From: Longimicrobiales bacterium
GTDB lineage: Bacteria > Gemmatimonadota > Gemmatimonadetes > Longimicrobiales > Gaopeijiaceae
DNA: 64,000 nt
Assembly: GCA_040216925.1 (NCBI GenBank)
Contig: JAVJOF010000015.1
Span: forward strand, 63,836 to 127,835
Reading direction: 5' to 3'
The position numbers and the translations under genes were made by a program. The notes under the pieces were generated by a model. That model was not told the DNA's origin. It worked only from the letters and a program-made list of their open reading frames with translations, and did not search any database. Numbering within the stretch: position 1 is the first letter of the stretch; every line of letters starts with the position of its first letter. This document shows, one piece after another, positions 16,266 to 25,304 of this stretch.

Positions 16266-17132
16266 ATGTTCCTCATCATCGGACTCGTCGTCGTCTTCGG
16301 AAGCATCTACGTGGGTTACACGATGCACGGAGGCGAAATGGCGGTCCTGATCCAGATCAGCGAGGTGATCATCATCTGCGGCTGCGCCATCGGCGCGGTC
16401 GTGGTGGGGAACTCGCCGTCGACGGTGAAGAGCATGGTCACGGACACCCTGGCCCTGCTGAAGCCCGACCCGTACTCCAAGGAGTCGTTCTCCGAGCTGC
16501 TTCAGGTCCTCTACGACATCTTCTACGCCGCCCGGCGAGACGGTCTCGTGGGCATCGAAGCGCACGTCGAGAATCCCTCCGGCAGCGACATCTTCAACAA
16601 GTACCCCAGCTTCCAGCAGAACCACCACGCGGTCCACTTCGTGGCCGACACGATCAAGGTGCTCCTGACCGGTGCGGTCGAGGACCACCACCTGTCGGAA
16701 ATCCTGGACCTGGACCTGGAGCAGCATCACGAGGAGGCGATGACCATCCCCCACGTGATGCAGAACACGGCCGACGCCCTTCCCGGCTTCGGCATCGTGG
16801 CCGCTGTCCTTGGCGTGATCATCACGATGGGCAAGATCGGCGGATCGCCGGAGTCCATCGGTGAGAGCGTGGCCGCCGCACTGGTCGGCACCTTCCTCGG
16901 CATCCTCCTGGCGTACGGCGTGGTCGGGCCCCTGGCCCAGTCGCTGGAGTCCCGCGTGGCCTCCGAAGAGCGCTACATGGCGTGCATCCGCACGGCACTC
17001 CTGTCGTTCGCCCGGGGCGACCCACCCATCACCTCGGTCGAGTTCGCCCGGCGGACGATGGATCCGGACGACCGTCCCACCTTCTCCGAACTCGAAGACC
17101 TGACGCGCAAGCGTGGGAAGGAGGGCTCGTGA
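16266..17132 (+). CDS. motA: Flagellar stator protein MotA
   Basis: MFLIIGLVVVFGSIYVGYTMHGG... N-terminus. C-terminal channel motif ALPGFGIVAAVLGVIITM...AAALVGTFLGILLAYG. Confidence 0.9.
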   Translation: MFLIIGLVVVFGSIYVGYTMHGGEMAVLIQISEVIIICGCAIGAVVVGNSPSTVKSMVTDTLALLKPDPYSKESFSELLQVLYDIFYAARRDGLVGIEAHVENPSGSDIFNKYPSFQQNHHAVHFVADTIKVLLTGAVEDHHLSEILDLDLEQHHEEAMTIPHVMQNTADALPGFGIVAAVLGVIITMGKIGGSPESIGESVAAALVGTFLGILLAYGVVGPLAQSLESRVASEERYMACIRTALLSFARGDPPITSVEFARRTMDPDDRPTFSELEDLTRKRGKEGS

Positions 17133-17989
17133 GCGGCGACGGGCGCAAGATCATCGTGATCAAGAAGAAGGTGAAGGCCAAGGCCGGCCATCACGGCGGG
17201 TCGTGGAAGGTCGCCTACGCGGACTTCGTGACGGCCATGATGGCGTTCTTCCTGGTCATGTGGATCATGGGGATGGACGCCGGCGTGAAGGACATGGTGC
17301 AGGGCTACTTCCAGAATCCGGTGGGCTTCAAGAAGAGCTTCTCCGGCGGCCGGAACATCATGTCTCAGGGCAACTCGATGGTGAACGCCGACGTCCGGAA
17401 TGCGCTGGTGATGAAGCGCCGCGAGGAGGAGACCCTGCTCCACGACGCCGCGGAGGAGATCCGCGGCACCCTGGAGCGGTCCGGTCTGCTGGACGAGAAG
17501 ACCTCCAGCGTCGAGCTGGTCGTGTCCGGCGAGGGGCTTCGCATCGAGCTGATGGAAACCACCCGCGAGAACACGTTCTTCGACCAGGCCTCGGCCCGGT
17601 TGAAGCCCGAACTGACCCGCATCCTCGGAGTGGTGGGTGGCCGGTTGGCCGGGCTCCCGGAGATGGTCGTGGTGGAGGGGCACACGGACGGGGTCTCGTT
17701 CGGTCGACAGGGCTACTCCAACTGGGAGCTCTCGGTGGACCGGGCCAACGCCGCGCGCCGTGCGCTGGTGGCTGCGGGCCTCGAGGAGTCCCGCATCCTG
17801 GAAGTGCGCGGGCACGCCGATCGGCAGTTGAAGATCGAGGGTGACCCGACCGATCCGCGAAACCGGCGGATCTCGATCCTCCTCCCGTTCCTGGGCGGAG
17901 ATCCCAATCTCATTCAACTCGGTTCGCTCCAGGACGAGATCCTGGAAGCGTCCGGTCCGCAGGGGGCTGCGGGAGGTGCGTCGCGATGA
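17129..17989 (+). CDS. motB: Flagellar stator protein MotB (OmpA-like C-domain)
   Basis: GTG start overlaps the motA stop. HGGSWKVAYADFVTAMMAFFLVMW plug/TM with the conserved Asp. OmpA-like GHTD...SNWELSVDRANAARRAL. Confidence 0.9.
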   Translation: MSGDGRKIIVIKKKVKAKAGHHGGSWKVAYADFVTAMMAFFLVMWIMGMDAGVKDMVQGYFQNPVGFKKSFSGGRNIMSQGNSMVNADVRNALVMKRREEETLLHDAAEEIRGTLERSGLLDEKTSSVELVVSGEGLRIELMETTRENTFFDQASARLKPELTRILGVVGGRLAGLPEMVVVEGHTDGVSFGRQGYSNWELSVDRANAARRALVAAGLEESRILEVRGHADRQLKIEGDPTDPRNRRISILLPFLGGDPNLIQLGSLQDEILEASGPQGAAGGASR

Positions 17990-19866
17990 TGGATCCACGG
18001 GTGGGACTCGACCTGTTCAGCGCCATCAAGGCGTCTGCAGAAGGGGTGGCGCGGATCCTACGCCACGACCCCTCGTCCGCTGTCCTCTTCTGGGGTGAGC
18101 CCCCCGAGGTGGAGGTGGTGCACCAGCGCGGGGTGCCCGAAGACGTGTGCCGCGCCCTGACCACCCGCGGCGGACGTGCGGTGGCCGAGGCCATCCGCCA
18201 CGCCGGTCGCCCGATCCGGGTGGTGGGCGAGCGGCTGGACGAGCGGTCGCGGGAACTGCGCATGGCGCTGAAGTCCCACGGGATCGAGTCGCTGGCCACC
18301 TTCCCCCTGCTGGGGGAGTCCGGTGTCGTCGGGTGCCTGGTGGTGCCCCTCGACTCCGACACGGTGGTGGACACACCCGACGAAGAGGCGTGGCGTCTCG
18401 CGTGCCGGGCCCTCGAAGGCCTTCAGTTCCTGGCCAGCACGGCCGCGCTCCGCGGCGTCCTGGCCGAGCGGGAAGGGGCGCGACCCAAGGCGTACGAAGG
18501 GCTGCTGGTGGTGGATCGCTGGGAGCGGGTGGTCCTGGCCGACGGCGTGTTCACCGAGGTGCCGGGCTGGAGCCGGGAAGATCCCTTCGGCCGGGCGCTG
18601 AACACGCTTCCGGGAGGTGCCCTGATCTCCGCTCTGGAGGTCTCGGACAGCCGGCCCCTCCGCTGGCGCGAGCACCTGCTTCCGCCGGTGGCGGGCCACG
18701 GCGTGCCCGTGGCCCTGGCGGCGCTCCCGTTCGGCATGGCCGACGGCGCTTCGGAAGGCGGACGGATCGTTCTGCTCCGTGACCTCCGCGCCGCCGCGGA
18801 CTCCGAAGACGACACCACCGGACTGCTGGCCCTGGCCATGCGGGTCGCCCACGCCAGCGACGAGTTGTCGGTGGCCATTCCGGGGCAGGGAGATGCCCGG
18901 GCGGGTCTGGACGCTTCTGTGGTGGAGCGCCTTCGCGACCAGATCGTCGAAGGGCGGGAGCTGGTGGGCCGGGTCCTGGACGAGTGCCTCGGCGGGGACC
19001 GGAACCGGGTGGATCTGAACGAACTGGTGCAGCAGCTCCTGGACCGGTACGCCACCGACATGGAGGCCGAGCGGATCCGTGTGTTCCGCTTCAAGGGGCC
19101 GGATCTGCCCGTGGTACGTGCGGACCGGCTAGTGCTCCTGCAGGCGCTCCGGGCCCTGATCCTCACGGCCCGGGAATCGCTGCACCCCCATGGGGGCAGC
19201 CTGACCATCCGCACGTGGTCGGAAGACGGCTGGGTACACGCCGTGGTCTCAGACGACGGCGTCGGGCAGCCGGGTGCGGAGGGAGGGCGCGCGTTCGAAC
19301 CGCTCTTCGCCGCTCCGGCCGACCCGAACCGTGCGGTGTCGGTGGAAGAGGCCCGGGGGCTGCTCGAAGCCCAGGGCGGTTTCCTGACCGTGGAGAGCCG
19401 GCCACGGCTCTGGACGCGACTCGAGGTCCGACTTCCCGTGGCCCCCGCCGCGCAACCGGCGGCGCCCGCCGGCCCGCCCCCGGCCATTCAGCTCACGGCG
19501 GGGAAGCCGGGGGTCATGGAGGTCCTGGTGGTGGACGACAACGCCGCACTCCGGAGCGTCCTGAAGCGCTATCTGGAGCGGAGGGGCCACCGGGTCACCG
19601 AAGCGACGGACGGCGAGGACGCCCTGCGCATCGTGGCCGACCGGAGCTTCGACCGGGTCATCGTGGACGTCCAGATGCCGGTCAAGGACGGCCCCACGTT
19701 CTATCTGGACCTGGCCCAGGTGGCGCCGGGTCTGCGGGACCGGACGATCTTCATGACCGGTGGCTTCGTCCAGATGGACGTTGAGCGCTTCATCGAGGAC
19801 TCCGGACGGCCGGCCATCAAGAAGCCGTTCGACCTCGCAAAGGTCATGCAAACGATTGAAGGATAA
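17986..19866 (+). CDS. Hybrid sensor kinase-like protein (sensory N-domain, degenerate HATPase, C-terminal receiver)
   Basis: ATGA overlap with motB. HATPase-like SLTIRTWSEDGWVHAVVSDDGVGQPG. Receiver VLVVDDNAALR...VIVDVQMPVKDG...IFMTGG...KKPF. Confidence 0.75.
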   Translation: MMDPRVGLDLFSAIKASAEGVARILRHDPSSAVLFWGEPPEVEVVHQRGVPEDVCRALTTRGGRAVAEAIRHAGRPIRVVGERLDERSRELRMALKSHGIESLATFPLLGESGVVGCLVVPLDSDTVVDTPDEEAWRLACRALEGLQFLASTAALRGVLAEREGARPKAYEGLLVVDRWERVVLADGVFTEVPGWSREDPFGRALNTLPGGALISALEVSDSRPLRWREHLLPPVAGHGVPVALAALPFGMADGASEGGRIVLLRDLRAAADSEDDTTGLLALAMRVAHASDELSVAIPGQGDARAGLDASVVERLRDQIVEGRELVGRVLDECLGGDRNRVDLNELVQQLLDRYATDMEAERIRVFRFKGPDLPVVRADRLVLLQALRALILTARESLHPHGGSLTIRTWSEDGWVHAVVSDDGVGQPGAEGGRAFEPLFAAPADPNRAVSVEEARGLLEAQGGFLTVESRPRLWTRLEVRLPVAPAAQPAAPAGPPPAIQLTAGKPGVMEVLVVDDNAALRSVLKRYLERRGHRVTEATDGEDALRIVADRSFDRVIVDVQMPVKDGPTFYLDLAQVAPGLRDRTIFMTGGFVQMDVERFIEDSGRPAIKKPFDLAKVMQTIEG

Positions 19867-19885
19867 CGAGTTGTAAATTCGTCGC

Positions 19886-19912
19886 TAAACTTTTCGAGCG
19901 GCGGTCCGACAC
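19886..19912 (+). promoter_or_regulatory. Sigma-28-type promoter of fliC (TAAACTTT-N11-TCCGACAC)
   Basis: The -35 element matches TAAAGTTT at 7/8 positions. The spacer is 11 nt and the -10 retains the CCGA core. It lies about 100 nt upstream of the fliC ATG. Confidence 0.6.
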
Positions 19913-19947
19913 TCTTCATCAGCGGTCGGAATTGGGCCGACCAACAA

Positions 19948-20005
19948 CGGGGCAAGGAAGCCCCCGGGGCGCAAGGAAGCACCCCGTACCATCTCTAAGG
20001 AAGGA
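19948..20005 (+). promoter_or_regulatory. Putative CsrA-binding leader: two AAGGAA-loop hairpins plus a GGA-rich SD
   Basis: GGGGC-AAGGAA-GCCCC (19948-19963), CGGGGCGC-AAGGAA-GCACCCCG (19964-19985), and SD AAGGAAGGAG (19996-20005). CAAGGA equals the CARGGA CsrA core. Confidence 0.5.
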
Positions 20006-20014
20006 GACACTCCC

Positions 20015-21175
20015 ATGCGTATCAACACCAACATGTCGGCGCTGAGCACCCTGCGTCAGGTCGGCAGCAGCAACCGCTCGTTCGCCCAGTCCGTCGGCCG
20101 GCTCTCCAGCGGCTTCCGGATCAACCGTGCCGCCGACGACGCCGCCGGCCTCGGGATCGCGAACCAGATCCGCGCCGACGTCCGTTCGATGCGTCAGGCC
20201 AGCCGGAACGCCGAGCAGGCGGGCTCGCTCCTCCAGGTGGCCGAGGGTGCCACCCAGAACATCTCGAGCATCGTCGAGCGCATGAAGGAGCTGGCCACGC
20301 AGGCTGGTTCGGACAACGTCGATGACGCTGGCCGTGGCCGGATCAAGGACGAGTACGACGTGCTTCAGGCCGAGATCGGCAAGATCGCGTCGACCACGAA
20401 GTTCCAGGGCAAGGCGCTGGTCAACGGCGCGTTCGGGAACAGCGTGGACACGAACGTGGCCAACTCGACGGCGCTGGCCTCGGGCAACATGGTCTACAGC
20501 GCGGACATCTCCGGCACGGCGGCGGGTGCGTACACGCTCTCCGACCAGACCGGTACGGGCAACCAGCTCCGGATGACGGACGCCAACGGCGTCACCCAGA
20601 CGGTCACGCTGGCCGCGGACGGCAAGCAGTCGGTCACCTTCGACCAGTTCGGCATCACGCTGAACCTGTCGGCCGACTTCGCCCGGAACTCCGATGGCGG
20701 CGCCAACAACTCGGCGGCCATCGACAGCACCGTCATCGACATCGACGCCGGCGCGAACGGCGGTTCCTTCCTGGTCCGGTCGACCGGTGCGTACTCCACG
20801 GACGACCTCGTTTCCCTGAACAACGTGAACCTGACCACCGGTTCCAGCGGTCTGAACCTGGACTCGCTGACCTTCACGGGGAACGGCACGGCGGCCGAGT
20901 GGCAGACGGCGCTGACGCGGATCGACACGGCCATCAGCACGGTCAACAGCGCCTTCGGTACGATCGGTGCTGCGCAGAACCGGATCGAGTACGCGATGAA
21001 CAACACCGACAGCGCGGTGGAGAACCTGACGGCCGCCGAGTCGGTCATCCGCGACGTCGACATGGCTGCAGAGGTCACCGAGATGACCAAGTTCCAGATC
21101 CTGCAGCAGGCGGGTACGGCCATGCTGGCTCAGGCCAACTCCGCTCCGCAGGGCGTCCTGCGGCTCCTCGGATAA
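20015..21175 (+). CDS. fliC: Flagellin
   Basis: MRINTNMSALSTLRQ...GFRINRAADDAAGLGIANQ N-terminus. C-terminus EVTEMTKFQILQQAGTAMLAQANSAPQGVLRLL. Confidence 0.95.
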   Translation: MRINTNMSALSTLRQVGSSNRSFAQSVGRLSSGFRINRAADDAAGLGIANQIRADVRSMRQASRNAEQAGSLLQVAEGATQNISSIVERMKELATQAGSDNVDDAGRGRIKDEYDVLQAEIGKIASTTKFQGKALVNGAFGNSVDTNVANSTALASGNMVYSADISGTAAGAYTLSDQTGTGNQLRMTDANGVTQTVTLAADGKQSVTFDQFGITLNLSADFARNSDGGANNSAAIDSTVIDIDAGANGGSFLVRSTGAYSTDDLVSLNNVNLTTGSSGLNLDSLTFTGNGTAAEWQTALTRIDTAISTVNSAFGTIGAAQNRIEYAMNNTDSAVENLTAAESVIRDVDMAAEVTEMTKFQILQQAGTAMLAQANSAPQGVLRLLG

Positions 21176-21205
21176 GTCCGACGGAGATCGGCGCTTCCAC
21201 GCCGA

Positions 21206-21231
21206 CCCGGGGGTCCGCACGGGCCCCCGGG
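21206..21231 (+). terminator. Hairpin after fliC (CCCGGGGG-N10-CCCCCGGG)
   Basis: Perfect 8-bp GC stem 31 nt after the fliC stop. It is followed by ATTCTCC, so there is no strong U-tract. Confidence 0.4.
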
Positions 21232-21267
21232 ATTCTCCGTAGGTAGCACCCTCAACCCCGCCTGACC

Positions 21268-24200
21268 ATGGACTCGATCGCCAGCTTTCAGGGACTCGCC
21301 TCCGGGATCAACTTCCGGGACCTGGTGGACGGGATCATCCAGGCGGAATCACGCCCGATCACGTTGCTCCAGCAGCGGAAGACCGCGCTCGACCGGCGGC
21401 AGACCGCCTGGGGTGACGTCGAATCCCGGATCCAGACGCTGACCGACCGGTCCGAGGATCTGGCCGACGGGGCGCTCTTCCGGTCCTTCGGGACTTCGGT
21501 CACCGGCATGACCGGTGGTGCTTCGGCGCCCCTTTCCGTTTCCGCCAGCTCCTCCGCGACCCCCGGGAGCTTCTCGGCCCGGGTGCTCCAGTTGGCCACC
21601 CGCGAGAAGGTGAGCGGAGACACGTACGCCGACCGCACCGCTGCCCTGGGACTGACCGGGGAGTTCATGGTGGGTGGGAAGGCGGTGTCCGTGGCCGCGA
21701 CCCAGTCGCTGGCCGACGTGGCCGCGGCGGTCAACGCCGCGAACACGGGCGCGAACCCCTCCGGCGTCTCGGCTTCGGTGGTGGGCTCCACCGCCACCGG
21801 GTTCCGGATGGTGCTGACCGCCGCCCAGTCCGGATCGGCGGGCATCCGCCTCGCCGACGGCTCCGGCGGCATCCTGGCCAGCCTCGGCTTCCAGGACGGC
21901 ACCACCTCCCTTCGCCACGCCACGTCGGACGGCGCCAGGAGCGACGGGTTCACCGCCGCCACCACGGCCGTGGGCACCCTCCTGGGCCTGTCCACACCGC
22001 CGGCGTCGGCCGCCGTGACCATCGGCGGTGTGAGCGTGACCATCGACCTGGCCAACGACTCCCTGGACGACATCGCGTCGGCCATCAACACGGCGGCCCT
22101 CGGCGCGGGCAGCGCCGTCACCGCCGCGGTCGTGTCCGAGACCGACGCGGACGGCGACACCATCCGTCGCCTCGACGTCTCCGGCACCACGAGCTTCACC
22201 GACAACGGCGGGATCCTCGAGACGCTGGGCGTGCTCGAGGGGGGCCGCGGCGCGGTCCAGCACCAGGTGCAGGGCGCCGCCTTCACGGCGGGCGACGCGG
22301 TCACACCCGCCACGGGCGCCACGCTCCTCACGGACCTCTGGCAGGGCACGTCGGAGGGCGTCCAGGTGGGCGACACCCTGAGCATCGGCGGAACCCGCGG
22401 CGACGGTTCGACCTTCACGAAGACGTTCACGGTGGGAGCCGGCAGTACCTATCAGGACCTGGTGGACGCCGTGAACGACGGCACCGACGCGTTCGGCGCC
22501 GGGAGCCGCACCGCCACGGCCTCCATCGACGCTTCGGGGCGCCTCGTGGTCACGGACGACACCGGCGGCGACAGCCGCCTGTCCCTGTCCATCGTGGCCA
22601 ACAACGAGGGGGGCGGGACGCTCGACTTCGGGGACTTCTCCACGGTGGCCGTGGGGCGCGCCCGGGAGATCACGGCCGGCCTCGACGCCCAGATCGAGAT
22701 CGACGGCGCGTTCTACACGCGGAGCGCCAACACCGTCAGCGACGTCGTGGACGGCGTCACCCTGTCGCTCTCGGAAGTCTCGGCCGACGTGGTGACGGTG
22801 GACGTGACCCGCGACGAGGACAAGGTCGTGGACGGCATCACCTCCTTCGTCAAGGCCTACAACGCCTTCTCGGAGTATGTGAACAGCCAGTTCACGGGCG
22901 CCGGGGCGGAGGAGGGATCCTCCCGGCCGGCGCTGTCCGGCGACGCCACCATCCGCACCATGCGGAGCAAGCTGCGCGCCGCCCTCGAGACGGCCATCGC
23001 CAGCTCCGTGACCGACGTGTCCCGGCTGGGAGAGCTGGGCATCACGCTCAACCGGGAAGGCACCTACGACATCGACGACGCCGTGCTCCGCGAGGCCATC
23101 GAGCAGAACGCGGCGTCGGTGGAGCGCTACTTCGCCCAGTACGGGGCGGGCAGCACGTCGTCGCTGGAGTTCGTTGCGGCGGGTGAGGGGGCCGCCAGCG
23201 GCAACTACGCGGTTTCCATCACCACGGCGGCCACCCAGGGCGCCGTGACCGGCGCGGGCTTCGGCGGCACGTACGTCGACGACGCAACGGCCGACACCCT
23301 GACGGTGACCGACGCCGACACGGGGTCGGCCTACGACGTGTCGCTGACCAACGGCATGACGCTGGCCCAGATCGTGGACGCCCTGAACACGGAGTTCTCC
23401 ACCTCCACCACCCGGACGCTCGAGGCGGCCAACGCCGTCTACGCCGACGCCCTGGGAACCGCGGCCAGCGACACGACGGTCCTGGCGGATCTCCACGACG
23501 GCGGCGGCACCGCCCTCGGCGTGGCGGACGGCGACGTGATCACCATCTCCGGCGCGAAGAGCGACGGCACGTCGGTGTTCCGCGATTGGACCATCACGGA
23601 CGTGACCACCCAGACCCTGGGCGACCTCAAGGCGCAGATCTCGTCCACGCTGGGGTCCGGGGTCACGCTGAGCTTCGCCAACGGCGTCCTGACGGCCCAG
23701 GCCACCGACCCGGGTCGGCAGAGCTTCACGCTCGCCGTCACCTCCGACAACGCCGGGGGCGGGACCCTCGACTTCGGCGCCGTGGGGGTGACCGAGGCGG
23801 GGCGGGGCACCGTGGACATCACCGCGTCCGACGACGGCGGGCAACTCCGCCTGAGCCACACCAGCTACGGGTCGGGCGCCGGCTTCGACGTGGCCTACAC
23901 CGGCGGCGGAACCGACGGCTCGGCGTCGCTGGGGCTGGCGGCGGGCAGCTACCGCGGCATCGACGTGGCCGGAACCATCGGCGGCCAGGCCGCCACCGGC
24001 TCCGGACGGGTGCTCGAGGCGGCCGACGGAACCACGGCGGAAGGGCTGATGCTGCGCTACACCGGCACCGCCACGGGCGCCGTGGGCAGCATGACCTTTT
24101 CGCGCGGAATCGCCTCGCTGATGGAGCTCGCAGCCCAGTCGATCCTCGACGACGGAGACGCTTCAATTCAAGGAATCGTCGATCGGATCGATACTCAGAA

Positions 24201-24366
24201 GCAGAGCCTCGACAACAGGATCGGGGACTTCGAAGACCGTCTCGCCCGCAGGGCGGACACGCTGATCAAGCGGTTCAGCGAGCTCGAAGAGGCGATGGCC
24301 CGGGCGCAGCAGCAGGCCGCCTGGCTCAACGCACAGCTCGGCTCCCTGACCTCATCCACGAAGTAG
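21268..24366 (+). CDS. fliD: Flagellar filament cap protein FliD (unusually long, 1032 aa)
   Basis: N-terminus FQGLASGINFRDLVDGIIQAESRPITLLQQRK. Central FliD_C-like LDAQIEIDG...FVKAYNAFSEYVNSQ. C-terminal coil IDTQKQSLDNRIGDFEDRL...KRFSELEEAM. Contains internal repeats. Confidence 0.85.
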   Translation: MDSIASFQGLASGINFRDLVDGIIQAESRPITLLQQRKTALDRRQTAWGDVESRIQTLTDRSEDLADGALFRSFGTSVTGMTGGASAPLSVSASSSATPGSFSARVLQLATREKVSGDTYADRTAALGLTGEFMVGGKAVSVAATQSLADVAAAVNAANTGANPSGVSASVVGSTATGFRMVLTAAQSGSAGIRLADGSGGILASLGFQDGTTSLRHATSDGARSDGFTAATTAVGTLLGLSTPPASAAVTIGGVSVTIDLANDSLDDIASAINTAALGAGSAVTAAVVSETDADGDTIRRLDVSGTTSFTDNGGILETLGVLEGGRGAVQHQVQGAAFTAGDAVTPATGATLLTDLWQGTSEGVQVGDTLSIGGTRGDGSTFTKTFTVGAGSTYQDLVDAVNDGTDAFGAGSRTATASIDASGRLVVTDDTGGDSRLSLSIVANNEGGGTLDFGDFSTVAVGRAREITAGLDAQIEIDGAFYTRSANTVSDVVDGVTLSLSEVSADVVTVDVTRDEDKVVDGITSFVKAYNAFSEYVNSQFTGAGAEEGSSRPALSGDATIRTMRSKLRAALETAIASSVTDVSRLGELGITLNREGTYDIDDAVLREAIEQNAASVERYFAQYGAGSTSSLEFVAAGEGAASGNYAVSITTAATQGAVTGAGFGGTYVDDATADTLTVTDADTGSAYDVSLTNGMTLAQIVDALNTEFSTSTTRTLEAANAVYADALGTAASDTTVLADLHDGGGTALGVADGDVITISGAKSDGTSVFRDWTITDVTTQTLGDLKAQISSTLGSGVTLSFANGVLTAQATDPGRQSFTLAVTSDNAGGGTLDFGAVGVTEAGRGTVDITASDDGGQLRLSHTSYGSGAGFDVAYTGGGTDGSASLGLAAGSYRGIDVAGTIGGQAATGSGRVLEAADGTTAEGLMLRYTGTATGAVGSMTFSRGIASLMELAAQSILDDGDASIQGIVDRIDTQKQSLDNRIGDFEDRLARRADTLIKRFSELEEAMARAQQQAAWLNAQLGSLTSSTK

Positions 24367-24386
24367 CGATCTCCGAGGACGTGACG

Positions 24387-24809
24387 ATGTACACACGACA
24401 CCAGCAGACCCAGAAGGCCGCGTACACCGAGATGGAAGTCCTCGGGGCGTCGCCCGAACGGTTGGTGCCGCTCCTCTACGAGCATCTCCTCGTCAACCTC
24501 AAGCGCGGGGCCATGCAGATCCGGAAGGGCGACGCCGAGGGCAAGTTCGACAGCCTCGGGCGCGCCGCGGACATCGTGTGCGAGCTGCTGGCCTCCCTGG
24601 ATTTCGACGCCGAGGGGCCCCTCGTGGGCCAGCTCGCGTCGCTCTACCGCTTCTGGATCCAGGAGATCGGCGCCGCCGGCCACACCATGGACGCGCCCCG
24701 GATCGACCGGGTGGCGGTCATGGTCGGCGACCTGCACGAGGCATGGCGGGAAGCTCTCGAGACGGTCGAGGCGAAAGGTCTCGTGGCCGTGGACGGCCTG
24801 GCGTCGTGA
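24387..24809 (+). CDS. fliS: Flagellin-specific chaperone FliS
   Basis: AYTEMEVLGASPERLVPLLYEHLLVNLKRG...DIVCELLASLDF...LASLYRFW is typical of FliS. Follows fliD. Confidence 0.9.
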   Translation: MYTRHQQTQKAAYTEMEVLGASPERLVPLLYEHLLVNLKRGAMQIRKGDAEGKFDSLGRAADIVCELLASLDFDAEGPLVGQLASLYRFWIQEIGAAGHTMDAPRIDRVAVMVGDLHEAWREALETVEAKGLVAVDGLAS

Positions 24810-25228
24810 GCGTGGGCCACGGCCCCGCGGGCAACGAGCTCGCCCGGGACCGCCTGTCGCTCTACGTGCGCTACGCGGATCTGACCGCGGAGCAGGAAGC
24901 GGCCCTGGAGGCCGGGGACATGGAGCAGTTCGAGGCCCTGTCCCGCGACCTGGAGGAACTCCGCACCGTGATCGGGTCCGCATCCGGACCTCCCCGGCCC
25001 GTCCAGGACGGGCCCGAGTCCGGGTCTCCGGAGTTCGTCCGGCAGGCCACGGACGTCCTCCGCGCCACGCTGGCGCGGACCGAGCGGATCCAGATGCGCC
25101 TTGCCGTCATGCGTCGCGACCGCGCCCGGGAGATCCGGAGCGTGGCCGAGCGCGCACCCCAGCTCCGCAACTACGCGGTGGCAGGCGGTGCCGCTCCCGA
25201 GACGAACCGGGTGGACTTCACGTTCTGA
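24806..25228 (+). CDS. Hypothetical helical protein (FliT/FlgN-like position, putative chaperone)
   Basis: GTG start overlaps the fliS stop. Helical and acidic: LSLYVRYADLTAEQEAALEAGDMEQFEALSRDLEELR. No firm family match by eye. Confidence 0.4.
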   Translation: MSVGHGPAGNELARDRLSLYVRYADLTAEQEAALEAGDMEQFEALSRDLEELRTVIGSASGPPRPVQDGPESGSPEFVRQATDVLRATLARTERIQMRLAVMRRDRAREIRSVAERAPQLRNYAVAGGAAPETNRVDFTF

Positions 25229-25244
25229 GGCGTCGGCGGGCCAC

Positions 25245-25271
25245 TCAAGTCCCGGCCCCTCGTGCCGAAGC
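25245..25271 (+). promoter_or_regulatory. Sigma-28-type promoter of flgM (TCAAGTCC-N11-GCCGAAGC)
   Basis: The -10 element matches GCCGATAA at 6/8 positions with an 11-nt spacer. It lies about 35 nt upstream of the flgM ATG, ahead of an AAGGAG RBS. Confidence 0.5.
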
Positions 25272-25304
25272 TTCAGACAACAGCAGAACCAAGGAGTAGT
25301 CGCC

